From Prorocentrum cordatum (lineage: Eukaryota): DNA of 64,000 bases. The DNA is taken from positions 806,001 through 870,000 of the forward strand of contig CAUYUJ010000001.1 in assembly GCA_963575745.1 (NCBI GenBank), in the 5' to 3' direction. The notes under the pieces were generated by a model that worked only from the letters and a program-made list of their open reading frames with translations, was not told where the DNA came from and made no database searches. Position 1 is the stretch's first letter, and each line of letters opens with the position of its first letter. Shown piece after piece: positions 63,697 through 64,000 of the stretch. The position numbers and the translations under genes were made by a program.

Positions 63697-64000
63697 CTCC
63701 TGGCGGACGGGTGGCTGCTGCCGCGGGTCCACCCCGCTGCCATGTGCATTTTCGATTGGATACACGTGGTCTTCGTCAACGGCATCTTCGGCACTGCCGT
63801 TGGCCAGCTCACGCAGTTTGCCCAGAAGAAGGTCGTTGGCTTCAAAGCGCGCGGCTTCAGCTACGCGGCCATCCACGCGGCCGTGGCGGGATTCCAGTGG
63901 CCAAAGCTCGTTGGCACAGGGCCCACTGATGTCTTCAGTCCCAAGAGAGCTGCCTCGCACTGGAATGACGCCAACTTCAAGGTGATCGCCAGCGAAGGCC
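63697..64000 (+). mobile_element. CACTA/EnSpm-like (CMC) transposase fragment, running off the window end
   Basis: An open frame absent from the ORF track because it has no stop in the window: LLADGWLLPRVHPAAMCIFDWIHVVFVNG...FQWPK...NFKVIASEG. DxxH....G followed ~70 aa later by K..ASE resembles the D(Y/W)MH...G and KA(T/S)E motifs of EnSpm-type transposases. Confidence 0.55.

Overview
Repeat-saturated, GC-rich eukaryotic DNA, almost certainly dinoflagellate: it has a perfect 22-nt dinoflagellate spliced leader (DinoSL) at 28994-29015. Prorocentrum-like is an inference from composition only. There are two unrelated, decayed LINE (non-LTR) retrotransposons, and both start with a spliced-leader sequence. 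LINE-B (28995-35586) is full length: SL, older relict SL, ORF1, APE-RT-CCHC-RNase H, A8 tail and a perfect 15-bp TSD that puts the SL inside the insertion. LINE-A (11237-~16150) is older, starts with an 18/21 SL relic and has an internally deleted RT. Other content: a non-autonomous family with covarying asymmetric inverted repeats plus a 3' hairpin and GGCGGAT end (Helentron/HUH-like); two MITE families; a foldback element; a mobile ~90-bp satellite ending in (GAT)n; a 2.2-kb tandem duplication; many microsatellites; a GT77-like glycosyltransferase exon or fragment (~27.3-27.9 kb); and a CACTA/EnSpm-like transposase fragment running off the right edge. Most ORFs in the supplied track are artefacts of GC-rich repeats. 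Main hypothesis: these LINEs regenerate their 5' end by SL trans-splicing rather than by an internal promoter.
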